Assembly: GCF_009914755.1 (NCBI RefSeq)
Contig: NC_060939.1
Strand: one strand, 5' to 3'
Length of the DNA: 64,000 nucleotides
From: the human T2T-CHM13v2.0 reference genome, Homo sapiens
The position numbers and the translations under genes were made by a program. The notes under the pieces were generated by a model. That model was not told where the DNA came from. It did no database searches and worked only from the letters and a program-made list of their open reading frames with translations. Shown here in pieces: positions 17,603 to 31,883 of the stretch; position 1 is the stretch's first letter, and every line of letters begins with the position of its first letter.

Positions 17603-20600
17603 GTATCATTAGATTGTTTATTTGAAGTTTTTCCTCTTTTCAGATGTAGGCACTTATAGCTATAAACTTACCTTTTTTAGTTGCTGTATCCCATAGGTTT
17701 TTGTATGTTGTGTTTTGATTGTCATTTGTTTCAAGAAATTTTCATTCTCCCTCTTAATTTCTTCATTGACACACTGGTCATTCAGGAGCATATTGTTTAA
17801 TTTCCATGTGTTTGCATAGTTTCCAAAATTCCTCTTGTTGTTAAGTTATATTCTATTGTGGTCAGAGAAGATGCTTGATATGATTGCAGTTTTTTTTAAT
17901 GTTTTAAGACTTGTTTTGTTACCTAACATACGGTCTATCCTTCAGAATGATCCATGTGTTGAGGAAAAGAATGTGTACTCTGCAGCCACTGGATGAAACA
18001 TTCTATAAATATCTATTAGATCCATTTGTTCTATAGTGCAGATTAAGTATGGTGTTTCTTTATTGATTTTCTGTCCAGAAGATCTGTCCAATACTGAAAG
18101 TGGGGTGTTAAAATCTCCAGCTATTACTGTATTGAAGCCAATCTCTTTCTTTAGCTCTAGGAATATTTCCTTTATATATCTGGGTGCTCCAGTGTTGGGT
18201 GCATATATATTTAAAATTGTTATGTCTTCTTGCTAAATTGACCCCGTTATCATTACATAGTGACCTTCTTTGTCTCTTATTATAGTTTTTTTTCTTGAAA
18301 TCTATTTTGTCTAATGTAAGTGTAGCTACTCCTGCTCTCTTTTGGTTTCCATTGGCGTGGAATATCTTTTTCCATCCCTTTGGTTTCAGTCTATGTGTGT
18401 CTTTACAGGTGAAGTGTGTTTCTTATAGGCAACAGATCAATGGGTCTTGTTTTTTCATCCATTCAGCCAGTCTGTGTTTTTTGATTGGAGAGTTTAGTCC
18501 ATTTACATTCAGTGTTGTTATTGATAAGTAATAACGTACTCTTGCCATTTTATTGTTTGTTTTCTGGTTCTTTTGTAATCTTCTCTTCATTTTTTTTCTT
18601 CCTATCTTCTAGTAAAGGTGATTTTCTCTGGTGACATAATTTAGTTTCTTGCTTTTTCTTTTTGTATATCCATTGTATGTTTTTTGATTTGAGGTTACCA
18701 TGATGATTTCAAATACTATCTTATAACCCATTATTTTAACCTGATAGCAACTTAGCACTATTTGCATAAACAAGCAAAAAGAACACTAATAAAAGTCTAT
18801 GCCTTAACTTTATCCCCCTGCTTTTTAAATTTTTGTTGTTTCTATTTATATCTTATAAATCTTAACTGTCTTGAAAAGTTGTTGTAGTTATTATTTTTGG
18901 TTGGTTCATCATTTAGTCTTTCTACTTAGGATAACAGAAGTTTACACAGTACACTTACAGTGTTATTCTGTATTTCTCAGTATACTTATTATTACCAGTG
19001 AGTTTTATACCTTCAGGTGATTATTTATTGTTCATTGATATTTTATTTTCTTTCTGGTTTGCAGTACTCCCTTTAGCATTTCTTGTAGGACAGGTCTGGC
19101 ATTGATTAAATCCATCAGGTTTATCTGGGAAAGTCCTTATTTCTCCTTCTTGTTTGGAGGATATTTTTGCTGGATATACTACTCTAGGGTAAAAGTTTTT
19201 TTTTTTTCAGCACTTTAAATATATCATGCCACTCCCTCCTGTAAGGCCTGTAAGGTTTCCACTGAAAAGTCAGCTGGCAGAGTTATTGGAGCTTCATTGT
19301 ATGTTATTTATTTACTTTCTCTTGGTGCTTTTAGGATCTTTATCCTTGACCTTTGGGACTTTGATTATTAAGTGCCTTGATGCAGTCTTCTTTGGGTTAA
19401 ATCTGTTTCATGTTTAATAACTTTCTTGCACTTGGATATTGATATATTTCTCTAGGTTTGGGAAGTTTTCTGTTATCCATTTGAATAAACTTTCTACCCC
19501 TATTTCTTTCTCTACCTCTTCTTTAAGGCCAATGAGTCTTAGATCTGCCCTTTCGAGGCTGTTTTCTAGATCCTGTAGGTGTGGTTTATTGTTTTTTATT
19601 CTTTTTCCTTTTGTCTCCTCTGACTGTGTATTTTCAAATAGCCGGTCTTCAAGCTCATTAATTCTTTCTTCTGCTTGATCAATTCTGCTATTAAAGGACT
19701 TGGAATTCCTCAGTATGCCAATTATATGTTTCAGCTCCAGAATTTCTGCTTAATTCTTTTTAATTATTTCAATCTTAGTTACATTTATCTGATAGAATTC
19801 TGAATTCTTTCTGTGTTATATTGAATTTCTTTGAATTTCCTCAACACAGCTATTTTGAATTCTCTGTCTGAAAGGTCACATCTCTGTATCTTTAGGATTA
19901 TTCTCTGGTGGTTTACTGAGTTTATTTGGTGAGGTCATGTTTTCCTGGATAGTACTGATGCAGTAAATGTTCTTTAGTGTCTGGGCATTGAAGGGTTAGG
20001 GACTTATTGTAGTCTTCACTGTCTGGGGTTATTTGTAGCTGTCCTTCTTGGGAAGACTTTCTAGATACTTGAAAGGACTTTGGTATTGTGATCTAAGCTG
20101 TATCTGCCTTAGGGGGTAACCAAAGCCCAGTAACACTGTCATTCTTGAAGACTTGTAGAGGAACCGCCTTGATGGTCTTGGATAAGATCCAGAATTATCT
20201 AGTTTTCTGGGCAGAGACTCTTGTTCTCTTCCCTTAACTTTCTCCCAAACATACAGAGTCTCCGTCTCTGTTCTGAGCCAGCTAAAGCCGAGGGTGGTGT
20301 GACACAAGCACCTCTGTGGCCACCACCACTATGACTGCACTGCGTCAGACCTGAAGCCAGCACAGCACTGGGTATCCTCCAAGGCCGGTTGCAACCACTC
20401 CCTGACTACTGCCTATGTTCACTCAAGGCCCTTGGGCTCTATAATCACCAGGTGCCAAAGTCAGTCAGATCTTCGTCCTTCCCTTCTGGGCAGGGACACT
20501 GCCCAAGCCCTAGGTGGGTCCAGAAGTACCATCTGGGAGTCAGAGACTAGAGTTAAAAAACCTTAGAAGTCTACTTGGTGTTCTATTATATTGCAGCTGA

Positions 20601-21989
20601 GCTGACACTCAAACTACATGATGCAGTCCTTCTCACTTTTCCCTCCCCTTTCCAAAGGGAGAGGAGCCTCACCCCACAGCCACTGCCACCCCAAGCCATG
20701 AGGAGTACTACCAGACTACTGCTGATGTTCCTTTAAAGCACAGGTTTTCTTAAATCAGCTTGTTGTGAACGCTGTCTGGCCTAAGACTCGCCCTTCAGGA
20801 CAATGGGCTCCCCTCTGGCCCATGGCAGGTCCTGAAATGCCATCTAAGAGTCATATTTTGGAATTGAGGGACCCCAAGAGCCCTCTTGGTGCTCTACCCC
20901 CCTGTGGCACTGTTGGTACCTAAGATGCAAGACACTTTTCCCTCTGCTTTTCTGAAGCTGAAGGAGTTTTTCCCTGTTGCCACCACAACTGGGAATGTGC
21001 TAAGTCTCATCTGAAGCCAGCAGGTCTCAGAGGCTTACCCAAGGCCCTCGATGTAATAGTTGGGTATCACTCCTAGTAATTCAGGGCCCAAGGGCTCTCC
21101 AGTTAGCAGCTGATGAATCCTGCCAGGACTGTATTCTGTCAAGACAATGGGTTCCATTTTGGCCTAGTGTGTGTCTAGAAATGTCATCTGAGAGCTAGGG
21201 CCTGGGATAGGGGCCTCACGACTCTGAATGGTATCCTATTGTGCTCTTGCTGGGCTGGTATTTTAGATGTAGTAAGATACGGTCCTCCCCACTCTTCCCT
21301 CTCTCCCGAAGTGGAAGGAAGAGGTCTCTCCTGGGACCACGAGCTGTGTAGCTTGGGGTTAGGGAAGAGGTGACGCCAGCACTCACTTGACTGCTCCAGC
21401 TGATGTCTCATGTGTCCTCTCCAAGTCCACTGTCTGTCTTGGTGTAATTCAGCACTAGGACTTGCCTAAGAGTTGCAGTCCTTATGGCCTAGACTGCCTT
21501 TCAAGTTTACCTGGAGACACAGAGCACTGTTGCCCTCAGTGGCAAGGTTTATAGGTACTCAGGTTCAGACTGCTGGGATCAGCGATTCCCCTCTGGGTAG
21601 GGTTGGTTTAAATGTTCCTTCCATGGGTGAGCATCAGCTGAGTTTGGTCTGGTTTTCCTTTCTGCTCTAACAGGACAGCCCTGAGTTCATTGCCTCACAA
21701 TTGCCATGTTCTCCTTCCCCCAGTGCCCAGAGATCCCTGGCTTATCTCACTTAGCATAATGTTCTCCAAACCCATCCATGTTATCATGAATGATAGTATC
21801 TCCTTCCTTATAAAGATTGAATAATATTTCATTTGTATATATACCTCATTTTCTTTATTCATTTGTCGATGGACCCTTAGGTTGATTTCTTAAGATGACT
21901 ATAGTAAACAGTGCTACAATAAAGATAACTGCAAACATCTCTTCAACAAACTGACTTTTGAGTAAATATCCAAGAGTGTAGTTGCTGAA

Positions 21990-24100
21990 TAGTAAGTCTT
22001 CATTTCTTTAGGGTCAGTTGCTGGTGCTTTATTTTGTTCTTTTGGTGGTGTCATGTGTCCCTGATTGTTCTTGATTCACGTGGCCATGCATTCATGTCAG
22101 AAAGGGACTGATTCGAGTCTTTGCAGGCTTGCTTTGGTTGGGCAAGGACTTCATCAGTCAACCTGTCTAGAGATTCTGGCCACTATCTGCTATGGCCCAT
22201 GGGCAGGCTTGCTTCTTGTGTTCTTGGGCAGGCGGGCCTGGTGCCTAGGTCTATGAACCCAGATTCACTGGAGTGGACCTGTTGATTAGGTCCATGGGAG
22301 CTGATCTAGTGCTGGGGTACATACAGCCTTTGACTTTGAATCTGCAGGGTCTAGCCAGGCAATGGGATGATCCTGGCATACAAGTCCACTGGGAGAGACC
22401 TTGAATCTGAGTCTGTAGGGCTAGGTCTGGGTCCTGAGTCTGCAGGGGCTAGCCTGGTACTGCGTCTACTAGGACAGGTCTGAACCTTGGGTCTGCTGGA
22501 GCGTGGGTTTGTAAAAACTGGACTGGCACCGGATAGGCCTAGAGCCTGTGTCCACACATGCCAGCTTGGGACTGGGGTTTGTGGGTGCTGACCTAGTGCT
22601 AGGGCCTAGACCTAGGGCCTAGGCATAGAGCCTGGGACCATGGGGGCCAGCTTTGTGCTTGGAAAACCTGGAGGCTGGGTCTATGGATGCCAGCCTGGAG
22701 TCTGGGACTGCAAAGGCCAACCTGGAGCTAACACAGACTGATTCCTGAGGCAGCAGGTGCCAATCTGGTGCCTGAGGATAGGGGTATCTACCTGGTGCTG
22801 GGGTGGGCCTGAAACCTGGGGTTATATGGGCCAGCATGCACTGAGCTGCTCTGGAGCTCAGGACTGCCAGGGCTGTCCTGGTACTGGGGTCAATGGCTGC
22901 CAATCTAGTGCTGGAGCAGGCCTACAAGATGGGTCTGCATGTGCTAGCCTGAAATCTGGGGTTGTGAAGGCCCAGCCTGGCACTGGGGCAGACTGGGTCC
23001 CTAGTCTGCAAGGACTGGCTGGAGGCTGGGTCCATGAATGCTGGCCTGAGGCTGAGGAGGACCTGGAAACTAGGTCTACAAAGGCCGGTCTGGAGTCTGG
23101 GGTTACAGGGCCAGCCTGGAGCCTGAGGCTGCTGGTGCCAGCCAGCCAGGTGTTGGGGCAGTCTGGAGCCTCAGGTCACTGGGGCCATCCTGGCAGTGGG
23201 ACAGGCCTGGAGCCTGAGAATGGTCTGAAGCCTGAGGCTGCAAGTGCTAAACTGGTGCTAGGGCAGGCCTGGAGCTTGGGTCCATGGGTGTCCCCTTGAT
23301 GACTAGGGCTGCAGGGACCGGACCAACACTGGAGGGAGCATGAAGCCCAGGGCTATAGAGGCCAGCCCAGCCCTGGGAACAATCTGGAGCATGGAGCCAC
23401 TGGGGACAGCCCAGCCCTGGGGTAGGCCTGAGAGAATAAGTCCACTGGCACCAAGGCGGGCCTGCAGGCAGCTCCATGGGATCTTGTCTGGAGCCTATAT
23501 CCATTAGGGTCTGCCTGTTGCTGGATGAGTCTGAGGACTGAGTCCTTGGGGCCATCCTGGAGCCTGACTATGGTGTCTGGCCTGGCATTGGAACCAGTCC
23601 AGAGCCTGGGGCTGCTGCAGGTGAGCTTAGAAATTGTATGGGCCCAGAGACGAAGTCCAGTGAGGGGCCTGGGGCTGCAGGATCCTGCCTGGTGCTTAGA
23701 TGGGCTTAGAGGCTCAGTCTGCGGGAACTGGCCTGAAATCTGGGCAATAGGGGTCTAGCACTGGGTTTTACTGGGGCAGGCCTGGTGTTGGGGTCCGAGG
23801 CACCATTCTGGTGCTCACCTCCCTCTCTATCCCCCATGCAGAAGGTATCTCTCCCCACGTCATACTACCCAGGGGTGGAGGGAGGGTGGCACGGATGGGT
23901 CATGTAAAACTCTTTCCTATCCTCTTCACAGCATCTTTTCTGATTTCTGTGCAACATTCAGGTGCTGTAATCTCTCATTTGGTTTCCTCAGCTCTTGTGA
24001 GTGTATTCTCATGCATGGATAGTCCTTTAAATTGGTGTTTCTGTGAGGGGGTGAGCATTGGAAAGTCCCATCCTGCTATATTGCTGATGTCACTCCCCAA
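21990..24100 (-). mobile_element. Ancient L1M 5' region with degenerate GC-rich subrepeats
   Basis: Recurrent GGCCTGGAGCCTGGG/GGGTC(T/C)A-like motifs; continuous with L1 fragments. Confidence 0.6.
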
Positions 24101-25670
24101 ACTAATTATACTGTAGATTTTTATCTAACTTTAAGTGATATATCACTTCACATATAGTGTAAAAAGTTTACAACAGTATACTTCTAGTTCTCTCCTGGCC
24201 TTTGTGCTGCTGTTGTCATACATTTAAGCAATTCTTCACCTCAGGCTCCTGAGTAGGTGGGATTACAGATGCCCACCACCATGCCTGGCTAATTTTTGTA
24301 TTTTTAGTAGAGACAGGGTTTTACCATGTTGGCCAGGCTGGTCTTGAACTCCTGACCTCAGATGATCCGCCCCACCTCGGCCTTCCAAATTGCTGGGATT
24401 ACAGGCATGAACCACCATGACTGGCCTTACTTATGCTTTAAACAATTGTCTAGGAGAGATTTAAACAATGAGGAAAAGTCTTTATGTAATTTACTTATGT
24501 AGTTATAATTGCTGGTACTCTTTATTCCTTTGAATAGATCCGTATTTCCATCTGGTATCATTTTGCCTTCTGATTCAGAAACTTTCTTTATATTCCTTTG
24601 ATATTTCTTATAGTGCAGATTTGCTGGCGATGAATTCTTTTACCCTTTTCATGTCTTTATGTAAACTTCATTTTTGAAAGGTATTTTCACTGGTCAAAGA
24701 ATTCTAGATTGACAGCTTTTTTGCTTCCAAAACTTCTAAAGATGTCACTCCACTCTTCTGGTTTGCATTGTTCCTGAAATAAATCTGCTGTCATCCTTAT
24801 CTTTGTTCTTGTGTATGCAATGTGTCTATTTTCTCTTTGTGATCCTAACATTTTTCTCTTATCATTGATTTTAAGCAATTTGATTATGATGAGTATGGCT
24901 CTACTTTCCTTGTTTCCTGTGCTTGAGTTTCATTAAAGCTCTTGGATCTGTGGTTGAATCAAAACTGGAAAATATTTGGCCATTATTTTAATTATATTTT
25001 TCCTTTACCCTCCTCCCTCACGGACTCCAATTACACATATATTAGGATGCTCAAAGTTGTCCCAGAGCTCACTGGTGTTATTTGGTTCCAATGTTTTTTA
25101 AAAGTGTTTCCTTTTGGATAGTTTCTATTGTGCCTTCATATTCACTAATTTTTCACTCTGCAATGTCTAATCTGCTGTGAATCCCATCTAGTGTATTTTT
25201 TTATCTCAAACATTATACTTTTCATTTCTGTAAGTTTGATTTGAATCTGTGTGTCTTCCACATCTCTTCCTAACATTGAATTTTTTCTCTAGCTTCTTGG
25301 ACATATGAAATAGTTATGCTATTAATTTTATCACCTGTGTTATTTCTGTATCTGTTTTGATGTATGTTTTCCCTCTCATTATGGTTTGTATTTACCTACT
25401 TTTCATGCATTTTTTTTAATGTCAAACATTGTGAATTTTACCTTGTTGAGTGTTGGATATTTTTGTATTCCTACAAATACTCTGGAGCTATGTTTTCAGA
25501 TAAAATTTAGCTATTTGGCTTTTGGTCATTTCCTTTTTAGCTTTCTTAGGCAGGACCATGATAGTGTTTATCCTAGGACTAATTTTGTCCTGCTACTGCA
25601 GCAAAATCCTTGAGAGTACTACCTAATGCCCCATGAATTATGAGGTTTTCCAGCTGGTTGGTGAGAATAT
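24100..25670 (-). mobile_element. Ancient L1 (L1MC/MD/ME-like) ORF1 fragments
   Basis: ORF 24687..24878 (KIRMTADLF...EWSDIF) resembles L1 ORF1. Confidence 0.6.
24225..24426 (-). mobile_element. Alu (partial, AluS)
   Basis: Left arm plus part of right arm in reverse. Confidence 0.85.
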
Positions 25671-25677
25671 GAATTAC

Positions 25678-26291
<614 letters not shown>

Positions 26292-26420
26292 CTGAATTCC
26301 TAGCTTTGTGTGATTAGATTGTTACCTCTAATCCCTTTCGATGGCTATTGTTCTGGGTGCCAGCAATTTGCTCATACACATACACTGATTCCTTTCTCAG
26401 CAAAATATTGAGGAAGATCT

Positions 26421-26783
26421 TGATGTGGTTTGACTGTGTCCCCACCCAATTTCATCTTGAATTGTAGCTCCCATAGTCCCCAAGTGTTGTGTGAGGGACC
26501 CAGTGGGAGGTAACTGAATCATGAGGGCAGGTTTTTCCCATTCTGTTCTTGTGATAGTGAATAAGTCTCAGGAGATCTGATGATTTTATGAAGGGCAGTT
26601 TCCCTGCACACGCTTTCTTGCCTGCTGCCATGTTAAGATGTGCCTTTGGTCCTCCTTTTCCTCCTGCCATGATTGTGAGGCCTCCCCAGCCACGTGGAAC
26701 TATGAGTCCATTAAATCTCTTTCCTTTATAAATTACCTAGTCTCAGGTATGTCCTTATAGCAGTGTGAGAATGGACTAATACA
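26421..26783 (+). mobile_element. THE1-type MaLR solo LTR
   Basis: TGATGTGGTTTGACTGTGTCCCCACCC...GGACTAATACA; 5-bp TSD GATCT/GACCT. Confidence 0.88.
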
Positions 26784-27559
26784 GACCTTCTGTGTACCTC
26801 TCCCTGTGCCCCTCTGTGGCCTTTGGCCTGCAAACTCTATCCTCATTATATTCCCCAGACTCGCAGTTCTATCATCTTGGCAACTTGGAGAAACCATTAG
26901 GCTCTGCCTGGGTTCTCTCCCTGCCTGTGGCCTGGAAACTTTCTTGAGGTGGTAAGTTGGGACAATTAAAATGCTCACCTCTCAGGAATCACTGTCCCTC
27001 CCTACCTGATGCTTAATGTCTTGAGAACCATTGTTTATATATTTTGTCGTCTTCTTTCTTTTAGTTGTTTCAAGCTAGAAGGTGAATCTAGAGTCTCTTA
27101 CTGCTTTTACCTGACAGAGAAAGTTCTCTTCCCTTTTTTCTGAAAGCTCCTTTGAATCAGTTTTGCTTTAGGCATTGAGATGTCACTCACAAGCTTATTT
27201 TCCTGGCTCTTCTTATCAGTGGGCATATTCTGACTTCCCTTACTTACTTAGGAGCAAGCAAATAGCCAAGACTCAGATTTGAGTTTTGGGTACGAGGTTA
27301 GTACTTCATTCAATAAACTTCAAATCTGTCTGGAGAAGGTATAGTGAGGTTAGCTCTTGCCCCGCTAAATCTCAACATTGTGTGCTTTCTCTGTCTGGCT
27401 CTCCACTGTATCCCATTTCCTAGAATGGCTTTTGGTATAGAAGGTATTCAGTAAATACTTACTTATGAATGAATAGACTGCCAAATAGCTTGCAAATTCT
27501 CTAACAGTTAAACATTTTATCAAATTAAAAATCTCAATGGTCAAAAACAGTATCAAACT

Positions 27560-28758
27560 AAAAACTCTAACAAATAACATTTATTTTTCTTTTACATATA
27601 TATTTCACAGCCTGAACATCACATCTTCAGAGAAAGTTACTTTTATGCCATTGTATTTACTATTTACCACACAGGCATTGAACATTCTCATTAACATGAT
27701 AAGACAATTTGCTGGTAAACATTTAAACACACAGACATTAGTTTCAGTATCTCAACATATTTTTGGTCATAACCAAGGAAATACATCAAAATAATGACAA
27801 CATTGGCTAATATTTTACAAGCAAATATTTAACTCTGCATAGTTTATACAATAGGCTGTGGCAATAAATAATGTCACCAATCTCATCAACTATTAACTGG
27901 CCACAAGAAGCCTAACATTCATTTTAATTATGATATGAAATGCTCTATTGGTGTAGTTTCAACATATCCTTAAATGTTTGGGTGTTTAACCTTGAATACA
28001 CGAAAAGAAAAAGTACTAAACTGGACTAAGAAGGTGTGTTTGGTTAACTACAAATATGTCATGTTCACATAGTACATTCCTAACATGAAGGCAAATATTT
28101 AAATAGAAAAACTAGCAGTCCAAAAAATGTGAATGTGCAAATTGTGAGTAAAACATTGCATTTAAATTTGCACTCATTTGCAAGTTACAGTACTAGCTCA
28201 GTATAAACACTAACAGGAAAAATATTCAGCAGGAAAGAATGGAAACGGCCTCTCACAGCAGAGAACTGGTCACTGCGCACTGCTCCACAGCTAAGAAAGT
28301 TTTCCAGGTGGTCTAGCGCTCCTAACAAACACCTTATGATTATCCTTCATTCAACAGAGGAGGAGACTGCAGGCATGCTTCAGTCAGTGGTAAGAACAGG
28401 AAGAAAAACCCAAATCAGCAACATTTTCTTCCTTAATTTGGTATAAACGTCCTTTTCATTATTTCAAGTTACTAATTTGCTAATCTCAAATGTTTTCTGA
28501 ATCAGGTTTGCTAAATGCTGTAAAGAATAGCTATCCTTCATACAATACTAGGTTTTATTTTTTTTAGTATGTCAGCATAATAAGGTACATGCGCATTCAT
28601 TCCACCAACCTGTTTAGATAATACTCAGCTTGGGTCATATTCAAATTCTACACAGAGATTCTCTGTTTTCAATACAACTGCTTAGAAAGCAGAATTGCCT
28701 AGTGATGACTGTAGTGTGCCTTTTAACTGAAATGTATATAAAAATAAAACCCCAATCT
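27560..28758 (-). other. DMXL2: DMXL2 3' UTR (3' end approximate)
   Basis: Repeat-free AT-rich sequence after the TAA stop, up to an AATAAA. Confidence 0.75.
27580..27585 (-). terminator. DMXL2: Polyadenylation signal AATAAA (likely distal DMXL2 PAS)
   Basis: TTTATT on plus; U/GU-rich downstream on minus. A second AATAAA lies at 28554-28559. Confidence 0.6.
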
Positions 28759-28968
28759 TTATAGAATGTCAAGAATTCTGTTAGGGATGTTAAAAGCATT
28801 GGGCAAAACCCTGGTTTTCAGCGTGCCATCTGCACCACAGGAGAAGAGCCGATTGCCCTGGATGATGTCAATCTGCATGACTCCAGCCCCAATGTTTCGA
28901 AATATGGACTGCTTAGCATGTTCACTTTTAAATGAATGAATTAGGCCATGGCCTGTCAATCTCCAAAC
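28759..28968 (-). CDS. DMXL2: DMXL2 last coding exon (VWRLTGHG...NRILDIL*)
   Basis: tag|GTT acceptor, TAA at 28759-28761, WD40 blade LFSCGADGTLK. Confidence 0.96.
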   Translation of the reverse strand, partial: VWRLTGHGLIHSFKSEHAKQSIFRNIGAGVMQIDIIQGNRLFSCGADGTLKTRVLPNAFNIPNRILDIL

Positions 28969-29300
28969 CTAGTGCAAAACAAAAGGAGTTAAAAATATAT
29001 TACGAAAAGACCAAAAGCAAAAACATGGCCCTTCTGCTCCCTTGGCCCAAGTGATCTCACTAAAGCCCAACCTTCCCACCCACTGCCTCTTTCCTAAGAG
29101 CTTATCTAAGTGGGAAATGATAACACCACTCCCACGATTCATTTACTGTCCTCCTTTCATATTTTCCTTCACATCCTCTTGTGGCTTCATATTAACCATA
29201 TGTAGCCCATCTCTAATTCAATTAACTATTTGAGTTAATTCAGTTAAATGTGTTCCTCATGCTGAGCTAGGTCCTAAGGCTATGTAAAAGTAGTGTGGTA

Positions 29301-29529
29301 CAGACAGTCCCCTACTTACGATGGTTTGACAAGACTTTTTGACTTTATGACAGTGTGAAAGCAATACGCATTCAGCACGCTCCTTGGCTTATCCTGAGGT
29401 TAGTCTCAATAAACTCATAGTAAGTTGAAAATATTAAGTTGAAAGTATGTTTTTCAACTTTAACAATATTTTTAACTTATAATGGGTTTGTTGGGACATA
29501 ATCCCACCATAAAGTCAAGGAGCATCTGC
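29301..29529. mobile_element. MER47/Tigger5-type DNA transposon
   Basis: CAGACAGTCCCCTACTTACGATGG ... GTCAAGGAGCATCTG termini. Confidence 0.65.
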
Positions 29530-29903
29530 ACTAGCTCACTTACTGGAAACGTCACCTCCACCACACACAAGAGTACTGAGGGAGAGGGGAGAAGCTTCTA
29601 AGGAGCCAAACTAATGTCATCAAAAAATTTCATGCATTAAACTCATACACTTTACTCAAAATAGAATGCTTTAAAGCTTTCTAATGGCCTGAGTCCAATG
29701 AGTTTGATAATCTCATTGACCATAACAGTTTAGAAAGAACCATACAGGAGCATGGGGAGGCGGCAGAGTGTTGAGATATGCAGTATCTCCATGCAGTAGC
29801 CCAAGTGAAATAAAGTGAAGCTTTATTTCAAAGAATGTGGAGTTTTTGTTTTTTCTCTTTCCAATCAGTCTTTAGCACATTCCAACCTCTTGTACTGACT
29901 CAC

Positions 29904-30121
29904 CTTTATGTTACCTTCTGCTGAACCTGTGGTAAAATATTCCTCATAGGGATCCAAGGCCAGAGCCTTAATAGCTGAGTCATGGGCCTGGAACGTGTGA
30001 ATGAGCTGCCTTTGCCTGATGTCAAAAATGCAGACGTGTCCTTTCCTACCCCCCGAGATTAGGAGTTGCTGTTTGGGTGCATACTGCAGTACCGTGGCAC
30101 CATGATCGTGGCACGTGAAAC
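29904..30121 (-). CDS. DMXL2: DMXL2 exon, 218 nt (GFTCHDHG...SAEGNIK), WD40
   Basis: cag|GT acceptor, AAG|gtgagt donor; phases fit neighbours. Confidence 0.95.
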
Positions 30122-30920
30122 CTGAAGAAGAAAAACATCAGAGAATTTCTCAAAACAATTTCTTGTCTTGGTAATTATGATGTCTACATCCACATTTAAA
30201 TACAGACCTTACTGATGCATTTTTCATTCTAAGGTACATTTATTGTTTTGTAAGTCATTGAATTTCTGTAATCACATGATTAAAGAAAAATGTTAAGCAA
30301 TGTCAGAACAAACTTTTTATCCATAATCTCAATATGAAATGAACACAGAGAGAAAAAGAAAGTTTAAACCTTAAGCCCTAAGTGATACTGCCTCATAAAA
30401 AGTATACAGAAGAGCAGAGACCAACCTTCTCAAAGTTGGTGAGTATTAACCCAGCCAAGTGCTGTACCGTACAAAAAGTTCTTTTCAGGTAAGTAATTGA
30501 AACAACGACACTATGAGAAAATGTGTGAATGTTTTCAGTTACAAGTTAAGAAGTTCATTATCCTTCCCAGGAGTATTTGCATTTTAATATGATTAAAGAT
30601 TCAAATTAACATGCAGAAAATCTGTAAGCAATGTTAACCACTGTTTGCAGAATTCTGCAATAAAATTGAGAATTAACTACATATTTCAAAATGCATATCA
30701 GTGTATTAAAAGACTGAGAATCTTTCTGTCTTTCTGACAATCTACTTCATTTAACCAAACTTACTTGAGCATGGAGCACTTTTTGGGTGGTACTATGTGG
30801 AAGACAGAGTTAGGACACTAATTTGGCAAGTATTGTCTTAAAAGGAATAATATTTAAATGGCACTGTTTACATTTCTAGTCATTATAATAAGGTTAACCT
30901 TTGTTTTATTTTATGGTTAG

Positions 30921-31062
30921 GGCCAGGTGTGGTGGCTCATGCTTGTAATCCCAGTACTTAGGGAGGTAGAGGTGGGAGGATAGCTTGACCCTAGGAGCTT
31001 GAGACCTGCCTGAGCAATACAGCATGACCTTGATCTCCACAAAAAGGAAAAAAAGACAAAAA
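30921..31062 (+). mobile_element. Alu monomer (FLAM-like)
   Basis: Single arm with A-rich tail. Confidence 0.8.
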
Positions 31063-31419
31063 GTATTTTATGATGAGGTTTAATTCTTTAAAATATGTTA
31101 TTTTCTATTAAGCTCAATGAATACTTTGCAACTAATTTCTTAAATAGCCTTGTTAGTAGTACCACTATCCATACCATATTTTCTGAATAGAATATAAAGA
31201 CTATTTTGGATTTCTGAGACCATATATCTTTAACTCAGCAAGGAAGCCAGATATGCTAATTAACTTTCCAAATTTTTAGTCATTCATTCTAAATATTTCT
31301 CCATTTTCAACCTGTCAATAAACACTCACTGGATTCACTAATTAAAACCAAGAAAGCATTCCTTCATGGTGTATTATTCCTTCATGGTATATTTTTAAAA
31401 ATCATAGACCTTAACTCAC

Positions 31420-31472
31420 CATGAATGAGGCTGTTTCCGGGTGATATTAATGTGTCCCAGAGGCAAACATTT
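31420..31472 (-). CDS. DMXL2: DMXL2 exon, 53 nt (RNVCLWDTLISPGNSLIH)
   Basis: aag|A acceptor, G|gtgagt donor; WD dipeptide. Confidence 0.94.
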
Positions 31473-31883
31473 CTTTTAAAGAAACACAATAACAAAAATA
31501 CATCATAAATGATTGTTATAAGTCGTCATCAGGGACAACCTGTCTTTCAGTCAAATATTTTGCTTATTCATTCTTATCTTTTTTGTTCACTCACACCTAT
31601 AGAGAGTAGTGATTCCCAACTAGGATGGGGGTAGGGTCAAACTACACAGTTCCATCTCACATGGTCCTGCCCGTCTCTGCATCCTCTACCCCATCTCCTT
31701 TCCATTGCCACTCCAGGAAACTGATATGACTTCCTGAGTATAAGGAATGCTTTTATATCCCCAGGTGGTAGCCACTGCAGGGAAACAAGATGTTATTCAT
31801 GGGCATGTGTTGCTAATGAAAACCATGTGAGGTCAAAATAAATGTTGAGAATGATGGGGACAGTGTCAAATACCTGTTAGTCC

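Noticed and set aside
22757-23299. 180-aa G/A/L-rich ORF and overlapping ORFs
   Set aside because: They lie in GC-rich L1M 5' subrepeats, where stop codons are naturally scarce.
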